Numbered from the stretch's first letter, positions 39,501 to 50,572 are shown. The stretch: DNA of 64,000 nucleotides from Octopus vulgaris (GCA_951406725.2 OX597831.1:54126001-54190000); one strand, 5' to 3'. The notes: generated by a model not told the origin, from the letters alone. Translations and numbers: made by a program.

Positions 39501-40450
39501 CAAACTGAGTAAGGTAGCTATGAGATATTTTTTTCTAAAGTTATCAATAGACATAAGGCTAATGAAAGGGCAAATGTGAATTATTTATTGAACTATGTCA
39601 AAAAGCAATTTACTTCGCTTGCTTGAATCTACCCACTTTGAAGACATAACATAATGTAATATGACAGTTATCATAATGAAATATAATGATGAAAGCAAAT
39701 AATTTATGTCCATCATAAAAACTGGATAGATACATTTTCAAATTGACTACAGGTATCCCCACATTCTGGGAGCATTACACACCTGAAAATGTTGTCGGAA
39801 CTTCATTGTTATATGAACGTCAACCCAAAAAGTTGGTTTTGCATTGAGGAATACCATTTATGCAGAAGATGCATATATCTTTACATGTTGTATATAATGT
39901 ACTTTTGAAACGTATGAAGGGGTGCTGAAAAGTTGCTGGCTTTGGGTACAAGAAAGTACAAGAGGATCAGTTAACTATCATTTTATTCACCATATTCTTC
40001 TCTCAGATTTACACACTTATTGCAACAGTCTTTCAGTTTTTCTGGACCCTGTGAAAGAACTTTGCAATTCCCTTAATGCCAGGAACTTTTCAGCACCCCT
40101 TTGTAATAAGCAATTAATTGTTGTTTAATTTAAGCTTCATCAAGATATAATCTCTATATAAATTCAGAGAAACAAAGTGTTAGATGTTTGTTATATTCAA
40201 ATGTTGCAATAGATTATGTTATTTAAATATCTTGTTATTATACATACACATATGTATATTTATTTATGTTCCTGTATTTCAGCGTTTCCTTGGGACATTC
40301 CAAGAGTCTTCAAGACAATCCCGCTTAGACAATGGAAGGACGTACCATCGCGCTGAGCCTAGCGCCCCTCCGTATGTCTACATGGACGGAGATGCATTTC
40401 CCTTGGACCATTTACCATACAAGTCAGATCCAGACCTGAACCCATTGTGA
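5159..40450 (+). CDS. Spliced gene (14 coding exons, 1800 nt, 599 aa): highly divergent SLC6 / sodium:neurotransmitter symporter (NSS)-family 12-TM protein
   Basis: Exons 5159-5258, 7036-7170, 13877-14045, 14813-14866, 15838-16009, 19813-19974, 23010-23116, 26431-26555, 27972-28084, 32996-33148, 33972-34068, 34842-34915, 37793-37963 and 40283-40450 all have AG/GT boundaries and compatible phases, and join without an internal stop. SLC6 hallmarks: [19 protein letters not shown] (TM2-TM3), [13 protein letters not shown] (EL2 disulfide), [17 protein letters not shown], and 135/125/113-nt exons typical of the family. Confidence 0.9.
7036..7170 (+). CDS. SLC6-like coding exon 2 ([46 protein letters not shown]; TM2)
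   Basis: catttcag acceptor, AAG|gtaagc donor, 135 nt, phase 1-1. Confidence 0.92.
7751..7846 (-). ncRNA. Type I hammerhead ribozyme motif (CUGAUGA core)
   Basis: Minus strand: cagatagttttgg-CTGATGA-gcta..tagc-GAAA-caattg-TC-ccaaaataatctg. Confidence 0.85.
8301..8396 (+). ncRNA. Type I hammerhead ribozyme motif (CUGACGA core; predicted cleavage after C8383)
   Basis: Helix I cagatagttttgg/ccaaaataatctg, core 8314-8320, helix II gcta/tagc, GAAA 8372-8375, palindromic ACAATTGT helix III, GUC triplet. Confidence 0.85.
11650..12041 (+). mobile_element. RTE-type LINE fragment (C-terminal to the RT core)
   Basis: [59 protein letters not shown]. Confidence 0.85.
12405..12770 (-). mobile_element. 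Non-autonomous Helitron/Helentron-like element
   Basis: The minus strand ends cctgagcaacgccggg-cgatactg-CTAG|T (subterminal hairpin plus CTAG), inserted in (TA)n. A related end occurs at about 59890. Confidence 0.65.
12995..13222 (+). mobile_element. SINE / LINE-tail repeat ending in (GAT)n
   Basis: gtggttggcgttaggaagggcatccagctgtagaaa..gacgttaaacgatgatgat. Related copies at about 5380-5570(-), 25340-25450, 31785-32010 and 36860-37040(-). Confidence 0.75.
13232..13462. mobile_element. Tc1/mariner-type MITE (231 bp)
   Basis: 24-bp TIRs cagggttgaccataagtcacctga / tcaggtgacttttggccaaccctg. Confidence 0.85.
13877..14045 (+). CDS. SLC6-like coding exon 3 (TM3 and EL2, [13 protein letters not shown])
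   Basis: ttctgcag acceptor, AG|gtaaga donor, 169 nt, phase 1-2. Confidence 0.93.
14813..14866 (+). CDS. SLC6-like coding exon 4 ([17 protein letters not shown]; EL2)
   Basis: ttgttgcag acceptor, gttagt donor, 54 nt, phase 2-2, S-x-x-E-F motif. Confidence 0.85.
15838..16009 (+). CDS. SLC6-like coding exon 5 (end of EL2 and TM4)
   Basis: Poly-T tacccag acceptor, gttagt donor, 172 nt, phase 2-0, [14 protein letters not shown]. Confidence 0.9.
19337..19660 (+). mobile_element. tRNA-derived SINE
   Basis: A box (ggccaagtggtt) and B box (gagttcaatacc), followed by a tccttgagcaaggcactt body. Confidence 0.75.
19813..19974 (+). CDS. SLC6-like coding exon 6 (TM5 and EL3, ..FTIPDF..)
   Basis: ctttcag acceptor, gtaagt donor, 162 nt, phase 0-0. 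Confidence 0.9.
20562..20757. repeat. Compound (ATT)n/(GTT)n microsatellite
   Basis: Directly visible. Confidence 0.97.
20757..22700 (+). mobile_element. 5'-truncated, frameshifted Tx1/L1-clade LINE (RT and C-terminal zinc knuckle)
   Basis: [25 protein letters not shown]....[28 protein letters not shown] at about 22688 is followed by (ATT)n; an (ATT/GTT)n tract precedes it. Confidence 0.9.
23010..23116 (+). CDS. SLC6-like coding exon 7 (TM6, [35 protein letters not shown])
   Basis: Poly-T ccag acceptor, gtaagt donor, 107 nt, phase 0-2. Confidence 0.88.
26431..26555 (+). CDS. SLC6-like coding exon 8 (TM7)
   Basis: tattatag acceptor, G|gtgtgt donor, 125 nt, phase 2-1. Confidence 0.88.
27398..27664. 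mobile_element. hAT-like MITE
   Basis: TIRs ggttctcaacc / ggttgagaacc. Confidence 0.65.
27972..28084 (+). CDS. SLC6-like coding exon 9 (EL4 and TM8, [38 protein letters not shown])
   Basis: ttacag acceptor, gtaagc donor, 113 nt, phase 1-0. Confidence 0.92.
29724..30534. repeat. Compound (TA)/(TATG) microsatellite with a 28-bp higher-order unit
   Basis: gcat recurs at 29885, 29913 and 29941. Confidence 0.95.
30837..31078. repeat. Foldback: 75-bp inverted arms, inserted in (TA)n
   Basis: 30837-30911 is the reverse complement of 31004-31078. Confidence 0.88.
32084..32312. mobile_element. piggyBac-like MITE
   Basis: Ends ttag-cccttttgatac and gtaacaaaaggg-ttaa. A related decayed copy spans about 19140-19679 and is interrupted by a SINE. 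Confidence 0.7.
32996..33148 (+). CDS. SLC6-like coding exon 10 (end of TM8 and TM9)
   Basis: gtttcag acceptor, gtgagt donor, 153 nt, phase 0-0. Confidence 0.9.
33972..34068 (+). CDS. SLC6-like coding exon 11 ([12 protein letters not shown]; TM10)
   Basis: gtttag acceptor, G|gtaagt donor, 97 nt, phase 0-1. Confidence 0.9.
34842..34915 (+). CDS. SLC6-like coding exon 12 (TM11)
   Basis: ctatacag acceptor, gtgagt donor, 74 nt, phase 1-0. Confidence 0.85.
37793..37963 (+). CDS. SLC6-like coding exon 13 ([17 protein letters not shown]; TM12)
   Basis: cttcag acceptor, CAG|gtacat donor, 171 nt, phase 0-0. Matches the Y..Y.YP.W...GW-like motif. Confidence 0.9.
39915..40103. mobile_element. mariner-type MITE
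   Basis: TIRs aggggtgctgaaaagtt / aacttttcagcacccct with TA flanks; second copy at 45319-45515. Confidence 0.82.
40283..40450 (+). CDS. SLC6-like terminal coding exon (cytoplasmic tail ..[14 protein letters not shown])
   Basis: tatttcag acceptor, phase 0, open to TGA at 40448-40450. Confidence 0.85.
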   Translation, partial: RFLGTFQESSRQSRLDNGRTYHRAEPSAPPYVYMDGDAFPLDHLPYKSDPDLNPL

Positions 40451-42774
40451 AGGAGAGCTTATATTTAAATTCCAGTTTTTTTTTTTTACATCTGGATGTT
40501 GACTATTTTCACTTTCTTCTTCACAAATTGCTGCTATTTAACATGACAACAACACCAGCAATGATAGTAATAATTATCATTATTATTATTATAATATATT
40601 ACTATTATTATCATCATCATCATCATCATTTCTCCCCTATTTCTTGTTGATGTTGTTGCCATGAAAAATCTACACTGGAGTCTACACCAGAAATCAAAAA
40701 AAAAAAAATGAAAAGAAAAGGAAACCCCAATATGTTCCTATATTCAACTCACTTCATTGATACTGAATACGTTTTCAACTTGCAAATACTCGTATTTTTC
40801 CACCACTTGTCTCTGTATTCATGAAAGAATTCATTGGATCACGTTTATATGATCCTGGTTCAAAGATGACTTAACAGGGATTTTTTTTTTTAATTCTAAA
40901 TGTTTTGTTCTTTTTTTTTCTTTTTCTTTTCTTTTTTTTTTTTTTTTATCAGTTCTGTTGTTCTGTTTCTGGGACCTGTTAGCTGGATAAGGCCTGTAGG
41001 ACCACTTTTGGCAGTCTCTGAAAACTATGGCATTTACATTTACATAGTGTTATATTCAGTCTAGCTCCTCTTATTCCAGATAACAACACAATTACCACTT
41101 CTGTATTATTTCTTGCTTTCCAAAACTGTCCTAGTCTATCCCTACATTACTATGCACAAAATATATGTTATTTTGTAAGCCTCATTTCAAAAGGAAAAAA
41201 AAAGAATAGCTAGGACAGAATCAGTTTAGACATTCATTGAAGTATTGTCTTCCAGTATCTTTGATAAAGCCTGTCCCACCTTTCACCAACATTACCACTT
41301 ACCCACCCATCTACTTCAGTATAATAGGAAAACATCATCTGACTTACTGATAATACTTGATCTTTTTTTTTAGTTTATCCTGCTTTTCTTTTTATCCTTT
41401 ACACCTACAGTTACATTTTATATTAAGTGTTATTGTTTTAACTTTTTTTTTTTTTTTTTTTAATGTTTCAAATGTTATGAATTACAAAAGAGACTTTCAT
41501 TTCTGTGAATGTTTTTTTTTTTATCATTTTTATTTATTTTTTTAGTAATTATTGAAGTCAACCATTGACACTTTATGTTCATTTACTGCTGTTTGAAATG
41601 TATAACCACCCCTCCCTCCCTCTCCTCTCTCTCTCTTTAAAAATCAACTATTTTTTGCTTAATTTTACACATTTTTCTATGGAAATAAATATTTTACAGA
41701 GGCTGCCTGAATATGTATGTATTTATGAGTACATATATTACATACATTGAAACATACATTTAACACATATACAAGAAAATATTTTCTCAACATTTCTGTA
41801 AATAACTTGTAAGAAAAACTCCTTTCAGTAAACTAAATCAGAATTGTCTTTTTTTTCCCTTTTCTTTTAATTTGTTTTAAGAAATATGACTTATAACTAT
41901 TACAAAACATCATCTGTTCACATACAACATACATACATATATATATATATATATGCAAAATTGCACTACTGCATTTGTACATTAGTAATTCTAGATTTTA
42001 TGTACTATGTGGGAAAAACCCACTCAGCTGCTAAAATCAATCTTCTTAACTAAAGGTTTGAAACTGCTATATTCTTGAGACTTGAAGCATTGTAAGATTG
42101 GCAGCAACTACTGATAAACAAAAGATTGTAGTGATGGTCTCCTGTTAAAACTATAAAATCCTACCCAATTCCTTTTCTCTCAATGATTCCATGATGTATT
42201 TTCTTATAATTAATCCCCATTGCAGATTTCCATTGAAAAAGGAAGCATTTATACCACCTTCTAATTTTGTTCTACCCTCCCCTACTCTTTTATTTCTACA
42301 AACCATCAGATGATTAAATCCTCAACATTACACTTCATAATAATCTTTGTTCTTTGTTCTTATTTGCTGCAATATCTTAATCTATTGGAATAATAATAAT
42401 AATATTAATAATGTGAGCCACCTGATAATCTGTGATCAGCTCCAAGATGTGATGAGATTTCTGTCTTCTGTAATAGTTTAACTTTCTGTTGACATTGTGC
42501 TGTAATTACATTTCCTTTATCTTCTGTTCTTATTTTTGTTTGTATGCATTTATTTTCCTTGCACCAAACCAATATTGCTTTGTCATTACCAAATGTTCCT
42601 ACTGAATACAACTGCAATCCCAACCTACCAATGCCGATAATGGATGGATAATTTCTTGTGAACTTTTCTACATTGTTACAACTCTCTTCTTTGTACAACC
42701 TATACCATATTATCACTCTGTAACATACCACCACAATGTATGTTTGTATGTATGTATGTATGTATGTTTGTATG

Positions 42775-42805
<31 letters not shown>

Positions 42806-43830
42806 CAATTACATTGTTATAGCTTACTATCACAGGTCACCTTCGGGAGTTGCCTATGGATATTTTTTTAAATTTTCAGACAATCTATATTCATTTATAA
42901 ACAATAGTTTGACTGATTGCAATCTGAGATTCTTTGCAAAAGATGCCTACAAGCCTAGCTGAGCCATATCAGTGACCAAGTAGATAATGCAAGACAGAGA
43001 GAGAGAGGGAGAAAGAGAGAGAAAGAAAGGTTCATAGACGACTTCTACTATGTAGCAACTTTATTCATGGGACATTCATGAATTAATTTCCTTTCCTTCT
43101 GCTAGAAATTTATTTAAGTTTGATATATCAGCAAATATAAGAGATACCTTTTGACTAGTGTGTCATTAAGATTAATGACATTTCTTCTGCAATATCAAAA
43201 TTTAAGCTAATTTCAAACAGTCAAAACCATTGTAATTCTCATGTCATACACACCACATAGGATAGGGCACTGTTTGCTTTCATTTTTCAGAATATATTGA
43301 TACATTCACACACACACACATACAGTGTCTTGCTCTTGAAGATTTATGAAATATGTTTGAAATTTCAATAGTTACCAACTACGATGTTGGTACTGTTGTA
43401 ATGTGACTTTGTGGATATTCACCATTTCTAGAATATTTCTACATTTTAAAGAAAGCATTATCTATTCATTGGTTCATGTATGTGTGTGAGAAAGATAGAG
43501 AGTGAAAGAGAGAGAGAGTTGGACAGATTGTTTGTGTGTATACTTGTGTGTGTTTAAACATTTGTATGTGTATATACACACATGCTGTTATACAAAGTAT
43601 GCATACTGATATAAAAGACATTGAAAAAGTTAGTGAACTTTTACTGATTACCTGTGTACACTCACATATGTTATGGCCAGAGCATTGCTACTGACCCTGG
43701 CTCACATAGGAAATTTTAAAAATATATATATAAAAAAAATAAACCTGATTGTTCAACCAGAAGTTTTAAAACATTCTTTAATTCTTTGTGATTTCTATTC
43801 CTGAATCAAAATAAAATCTATTAAACATTT
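40451..43830 (+). other. Candidate long 3' UTR with poly(A) signals (AATAAA 43738 and 43810, ATTAAA 43820)
   Basis: AU-rich stretch without the interspersed repeats seen elsewhere, ending in clustered poly(A) signals. The end point is not proven. Confidence 0.35.
42736..42803. repeat. (TATG)n microsatellite
   Basis: Directly visible. Confidence 0.95.
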
Positions 43831-44042
43831 TACTTCCAGTGTTAACATCTGTTCAGAGCATTGATGACCAAGTTGATAGGTTATTGAACAACCACTCAAG
43901 AGGCTGGCTGTTCACATCTCATCACAGGCATGGTGTTATCTTGGTACTGGGTTGCTGAAACTGTTTACTCTTAAATGAACCAAGAGAGAGAACCAGAGCC
44001 ACAATATAGTCATTCACCTGCTAGACAGTAACTAAATCTTCC

Positions 44043-44274
44043 TTAACCCTTTAGCATTCAGATTACTCTGTCAAATGTAAGGTTTATTTACTCACATTGG
44101 TTTGAATTAATCACATATTTTCTTGTAGTTTTGAGATTTCGGTGCTGTGAATGTTTATTTTTAGAGTGATATTGTTGGGTAGTTGTGAGAGAGAGGCTGG
44201 ATGTGGCTTGTCTGAATATAAAACTGGTAGAATATTTGGGCTGGACATGGCTGGCTTAGATGTTAAAGAATTAA
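44043..44274. mobile_element. piggyBac-like MITE (second family)
   Basis: Ends ttaa-ccctttagcat and atgttaaagaa-ttaa. Confidence 0.55.
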
Positions 44275-45318
44275 ATCACAGCCTTCCACCTTAAATAAAG
44301 GACAAATTAGATGATGTAATCGAAAGCATACTCCAAGAAAGAGAGGATGACTTTTGTCATTGGTTTCCTCAAGTTTGACTTGAGGTTAAACACCTTTAAC
44401 TTACTCTCTAACTCAGACATTTGTGTAAACGAAAATTCTACTCATGTATCGCATCTCTTATGATGTATTAAGGTTTAAAGTTTCTATAGATGAAAGTCAC
44501 TTTCCATTAGTCAATTACACTGTATAACATGCTTTTTGTCCTTGGGTAGCGACTGTTATTTCCTATTTGCTTACCTCAAGAAAGCACAACAAATGGCTAA
44601 TATTTCCTTCAAACTTTGCTTTTGTTATATTTATTCAAACCTCAAAGAATCCCTCTCAACACATCACTATGATGCTCCCCAACTGCTCCTGCTCATGGTC
44701 AGAGATGCACATATTGTCAGCCACAAAGGGACATGATCAAGTGTTTATTGTCAAGCAACTGACAAGCAAGTCTGTGGTATTGAGCAGAATATTTGCTATA
44801 GTAATATTTCTGAATCAACAACACAGTGCTAAATCTGTCTGAAATGTAATGGAAAATAGGTCAGTTTCAAAACTGATATCCTCTAAAATAACACTTACTA
44901 ACCAAAGACGAAAAAAAAAAAAAAAAACAAAGATTAATATCTAGTTACATAGTGTTATTCTGTGAAACTCTCCCAACTTCCACTAGTTTCTTTTAGCCAC
45001 TTCATCTTGGATTTAGGACTTTGACCAGGTTCGCTCACTCTTAGTTTTAATCAAAGACTTCTTTATTCACAATTCCTCCAGGATATCTCAGCTGTTGCTA
45101 GAACAAGTACGACGACAACTTTCTGTACACTAACTGTCTGAAACTCCTTATAATCTGCATTAATCTATGAGCAGGAACTTCAAATTCCCGTGGCTACCAG
45201 ACTAATCTACTAGTACTTTGCACAGTACAGTGTTAGTAAGCGTGTATCATTTGTACTAATGTGCTAGTACTTGTATTTCATTTCACTATTTTAGTAAATT
45301 TAATATTCGTTTAACATA

Positions 45319-45515
45319 CAAGGGGGTACTGAAAAGTTCCTGGCTTTGAGTGAAAGAAAATACAGGGGGATCAATTAATTCCGATTTTATCCAACATATT
45401 CCCCTCTCAGATTCACACACTTATTGCAGCAGCCCTTCAATTTTTCTAAGCCCTGTAAAAGGACTCAGAAAGTTTTGTGACACCTTTAAAGCCAGGAACT
45501 TTCCAGCCCCCCTCG
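45319..45515. mobile_element. mariner-type MITE (same family as 39915-40103)
   Basis: TIRs gggggtactgaaaagttcctggc / gccaggaactttccagccccc with TA flanks and shared internal sequence. Confidence 0.82.
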
Positions 45516-46757
45516 TAAGGTGATAAGCTGACAGAATTGTTAGCATGCTAGGCAAAATGCTTAGCAGCATTTCTTCCATCTTTACGTTTTGAGTTCAAAC
45601 GCCACCAAGGTCGACTTTGCCTTTCATCCTTTCAGGGTCAATAATATAAGCAGCAGTTGAGCTCTGGGATCAATATGATCGACTTACCCCTCCCCCTGAA
45701 CTTGCTGGCCTTGTTCCAGAATTTGAAACCAATATTTGTTAAACTTAGAGGTGACTACCCCTGGTTCAGAACAGACAGTAATTCGGAAAATGCTCAGTAT
45801 CAAAGATTCTGGAAAATTGATGTTGTACCTGTATGCTGAAACCACTTTTACTAGTTTCAGTCATTGGAGTGCATCATGCTGGAGCATTGCCACCAAGAGT
45901 TTACTTAAACAAATTGATCCCAGTACTTATTTTTTTAAAAGTCTGGTGCTTATTCTATCCAGGTCCTTTTGCTGAACGACTAAGTTACAGAGATGTAAAC
46001 AAACCAATACTGGTTGCCAAGCAGTGGTGGGTCACAAAGATGCACACATGCATACACACACACACACATTACACCAGGCTTTTATCATTTTTCATCTACT
46101 ATTTCCACTATCTATAAAATACATTACTGATGATATGGAAGTTCTACAAGAGGATCTTATGCCTAACTTTTGTTAGGAAAGCAAACGACACTTATTTTCA
46201 CCTGACATTATAATCATCATTGTTTTAATACCCGCTTTTCCATTCTTGCATGGATTGGATGGAATTCATTGAAGCAGATTTTCTTTGACCAGATTCCTTT
46301 TCTGTTGCCAACCTTCATCTGTTTCCAAGCATAGTAATATTTCTCCAAGGTTAGACAAATATTCACAGGAGATTAGAAATAAAGGAAATTATTTGCATCG
46401 TGGTGACTTAACAACTGTCGAGGTGAGGAAGCACAAACATGCACACATACATGTGCTCACTTGTTCAGACACGGCTGTGTGATAAGTTTACTACACAATC
46501 TCATGGTCCTGGGTTCAGTCACACTGCATGGCACCTTAGACAAGTGTCTTCTACTGTAGCTTTGGGCCGACCAAAGCCTTGTGCATGGATTTAGCAGATG
46601 AAAACTGAAAGAAGTCATTTGTGTGTGTGTGTATACATTATATATATATAAATTAACAATTGAGGATAAAATCTTTAAAAGAAATTATCAGTAGTTAGCG
46701 TGAAAAACCTTGTAAGAGAAAAATTCCGTAAATTTTTCCACTTTGAAAATATTTATT

Positions 46758-47188
46758 TATATTATATTGAGGGTACTACTATTCGTAGATACCAGACGCT
46801 AAGAGGGACCAATGCTTTCAAAACTACTAAAATAAACAAAATTTTACCGAATGCAAAACTTCAAAGCAAATCATTTAAAAAAAGAATTTAGTTACATATC
46901 ACCTGTGATTTCACAATTAATGCAGAATGTGCATTCTATGTTCATCAGTGCAACAAACTCAAGATATATAAGAAAAAACATAACGTTACAAGCTCGATAG
47001 CCAACCGTAGATGAACATAGAATGCATATTCTGCATTAATTGCGAAATCACAGGTGATATGTAACTAAATTCTTTTTTTAAATGATTTGCTTTGAAGTTT
47101 TGCATTTGGTAAAATTTTGTTTATTTTAGTAGTTTTGACCGCATTGGTCCCTCTTAGCGTCTGGTATCTACGAATAGTAGTACCCTCA

Positions 47189-47198
<10 letters not shown>
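46758..47198. repeat. Foldback: 189-bp inverted arms with a 63-bp spacer, HHR-bearing, ending in (TA)n
   Basis: 46758-46946 is a near-perfect reverse complement of 47010-47198. Confidence 0.88.
46891..46954 (-). ncRNA. Type I hammerhead ribozyme motif (family 2)
   Basis: Minus strand: gttgca-CTGATGA-aca..tgt-GAAA-tcac ag gtga-TA-tgtaac. Confidence 0.78.
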
Positions 47199-47238
<40 letters not shown>

Positions 47239-47240
<2 letters not shown>

Positions 47241-48457
47241 AGGGTTGGACAACATGGAAATACCTAACATCATAATTTTGAAATACCTATAAAACAGTCA
47301 AAAGTTTGTTTATTTTTTTTTTTTTTTTATTTATTATTAGTGTTGCTTAATATGTTTTGCTAAAATTGCTATTTCATTTCTGGTATCATCAGAAAAAGGT
47401 AATTAAAATTCATTAAAATGACAGATCTATTGGATTTTCGAAGAGGTCAAATTGTTGGTGCTCGTATGGCAGGCGCAAGCGTAACAAAAACAGCTGAAAT
47501 GTTTGGTGTATCAAAAAGTACTGTTTCAAGTAATGACAGCCTTTGAGAAAGAGGGAAAAACCTCCTCGTCGAAACAAAACTCCAGAAGAAAACCAAAACT
47601 TTGAGATAGGGACCGTCACACTCTTATGCGAATTGTTAGAAAGGATCACAAAAGTACAGCTCCCAAAATTACTGCAAAGTTTAATGACCACCTTGAGAAT
47701 CCAGTTTCCACAAAAACTGTTCAGTGGGATCTGCACAAAGCCAGATTTAATGGGAGGGCTGCAATCAGAAAACCACTACTTCCAAAAACAAACATTGCAA
47801 AGCGTTTAGAATGGAGTAAAAACCTCCAGAATTGGTCCATAGAACAAAAGAAGAATGTTATTTTCTCACATGAGTCATCCTTTACTCTATTTCCAACCAC
47901 CGGCCAAGTATATGTGTGGAGACAGCCAAAAGAAGCATTTGACCCAGACTGCCTTCTTCCAACTGTTAAACATGGAGGAGGATCTGTGATGATCTTGGGG
48001 GTTATATCTTGGAAATTTGCCAGCCCAATGGTTTCCCTTCATGGCAGAATTAATATTCAGGACTATTTAAGCATTTTGTCTGATTAAATTCATCCACATG
48101 ATAAGGCACCAATTCACACAGCTAAAGTTGAAAGTGAATAGCACAAGGAACATTCTAGAGAAGTTGAATATCTTATCAGGCTGCTACAGTCCCCAGATCT
48201 CAATATTATTGAACAATTATGGCGCATTTTAGAAAAACAAGTAAGGAGTCAATATCCTCCACCATCATCACTACAAGAACTGGAGACTGTTTTAGCTGAA
48301 GAATAAACAAAAATTCATTTGGAAACAGTTCAAACTTTGTACAAGTCCATACTTTGTAGAATTTAAGCTGTAATTACTGCCAAAGTCGGTCCTACCCCAT
48401 AGTAAAATAAATTTGCTTGAAATTTTAAGGTGTTTCCATTATTTTCTCCATCCCCTG
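47239..48457 (+). mobile_element. Full-length Tc1/mariner element with a disrupted transposase (47418-48405)
   Basis: Imperfect TIRs caagggttggacaa..tggaaatacct / aggtgtttcca..tccatcccctg with TA flanks. Motifs RGQIVGAR, VIFSHES, TVKHGGGSVM and SPDLNIIE, with stops and frameshifts. Confidence 0.92.
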
Positions 48458-48786
48458 TATATATTAGCAGAGACACTCAGGATTAAAATGGCATAGTCTT
48501 TTTATTGTTTTACTTGTTTTAGTCATGTGACTGCTGCCATGTTGCAGCACTGCCTTTAGTCAATAAAATCGGGCCCAGAATTTCATTTTTGTAAGCCTAG
48601 TACTTATTCTATCAGAATCTTTTGCCGAACAGCTAGGTTCCAGGGATGTAAACACAGCAACATCGGTTCTCAAGTAATGCTGGGGGTACACATACTCTCA
48701 CACAAATGTACAAACATATACGACAGTCTTCTTTCAGTTTCCGTGTTATGAAATCCACTCACAAAGCTTTGGTCGGCCTGACCCTA

Positions 48787-48811
48787 TAATATATATATAA
48801 ATATATGTATG

Positions 48812-48842
<31 letters not shown>

Positions 48843-50533
48843 ATGTATGTATATATGTGTGTATATGTATGTGTATGTATGTATATGTGTATATGTGTGT
48901 GTATGTATGTATATATGTGTGTATATGTATGTGTATGTATGTATATATGTGTGTATATGTATGTGTATGTATGTATATATGTGTGTATATGTATGTGTAT
49001 GTATGTATATATGTGTGTATATGTATGTGTATGTATGTATATATGTGTGTATATGTATGTGTGTATATGTATGTGTATATATGTATATGTGTCTATATAT
49101 ATATGTGTATATGTATGTGTATATATGTATATGTGTCTATATATATATGTGTATATGTATGTATATATATGTATGAATATATATATGTATGTATGTGTAT
49201 ATGTATGTATATATATGTATGAATATATATATGTATGTATGTGTATATATATATATATAAGAGAACAAAGTGTACATACGCCACTATATATATATATATG
49301 AAATACAAAATGGGACAAGAACGCAAAACATCCGGACAACTAGGTGATTCAAAAAGGGAAAACAAGCATTGATCATTCGAAGTTTTCTATCTTAAGTCAA
49401 GCACCAGATTATCCTCGCAATTTCGGCTGATTATTCTTGAGATTGCTCCAATCTGGCCAGCCCAATGAAAAACTAAGCTAAGGGCATATGTATACAAAAA
49501 CAAGGATGTAAAAAACGGACAATGTTGCACAAATATAAATACAATAAAAATAACAGGACATAACAACAGGTGCCTTTCGACTAAGGATGGCGCTTGTGGA
49601 AATGAAGCCTATGTATATATATATATATGATTATTATATGTATATATATATATCTATATATATATGTAAATATCTATATATGTGTATATATATGCATATC
49701 TATATATGTGTGTGTGTGTATATATATGTGTGTATACATGTATGTATATTCATGTATCTCCATATATCTATGTACATGTATGTATATTTATATAAATAAG
49801 GATAGGATCAATATTTAAATACCGATCTTATCAGATGGCCAGCATGGGAATAAAAAACTTTATTAAAATTATAATTTAGGGTATCTAAGAGATACTGCCA
49901 TGCTGGAATTAGAAGTCAAAACTTGATTCTGCATGTGTGTATATGTATATATGTCTATGTGTATATCTATCTATATATATATGTGTATATATTTATGTAT
50001 ATGTAATTGTATATGTGTATATACACATGTGTGTATGTATATATATATATATGGGTATGTGTATATATACACACACATATATATATATATATGAAATTGA
50101 AATCAAATTCAATGACAGCACTGCATGACTGACATCCATGCTAATGGAGCGCTAAGAGCACCACCTGAGCACAATCGTTGCCGGGTCCGACGACTGCTCC
50201 CCACCCCCGTGCCGGTGGCACGTAAAAAGCGCCATTCGACCGTGATCGTTAACAGCATCGCCGTACTGGCACTTGTACCGGTGGTACGTGAAAAACAATA
50301 TTCGAGTGAAGGCGTTGCTAGTGCCACTGGACTGGACTGGTCCCTGTGCAGGTGACACATAAAATCACTATTTTAGCGTGGCCGTTGCCAGTGCCGCCTG
50401 ACTGGCCCTCACATATATACGCATATGGATATGTGTGTGTATATATATGTGTGTGTGTGTGTATATATATGTGTGTGTGTATATATATGTGTGTGTGTGT
50501 GTATATATATGTGTGTGTGTGTGTGTATATATA

Positions 50534-50572
<39 letters not shown>

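Noticed and set aside
5159-40450. Assigning a specific SLC6 symbol (GAT, GlyT, DAT etc.) or calling the gene a pseudogene
   Set aside because: Subfamily-diagnostic residues are gone, so no symbol is supportable, and the frame and splice sites are intact.
49400-49475. Possible hammerhead on the minus strand (ggctgg..tcagcc-GAAA-ttgcga)
   Set aside because: No CUGANGA-like core or helix I could be placed.
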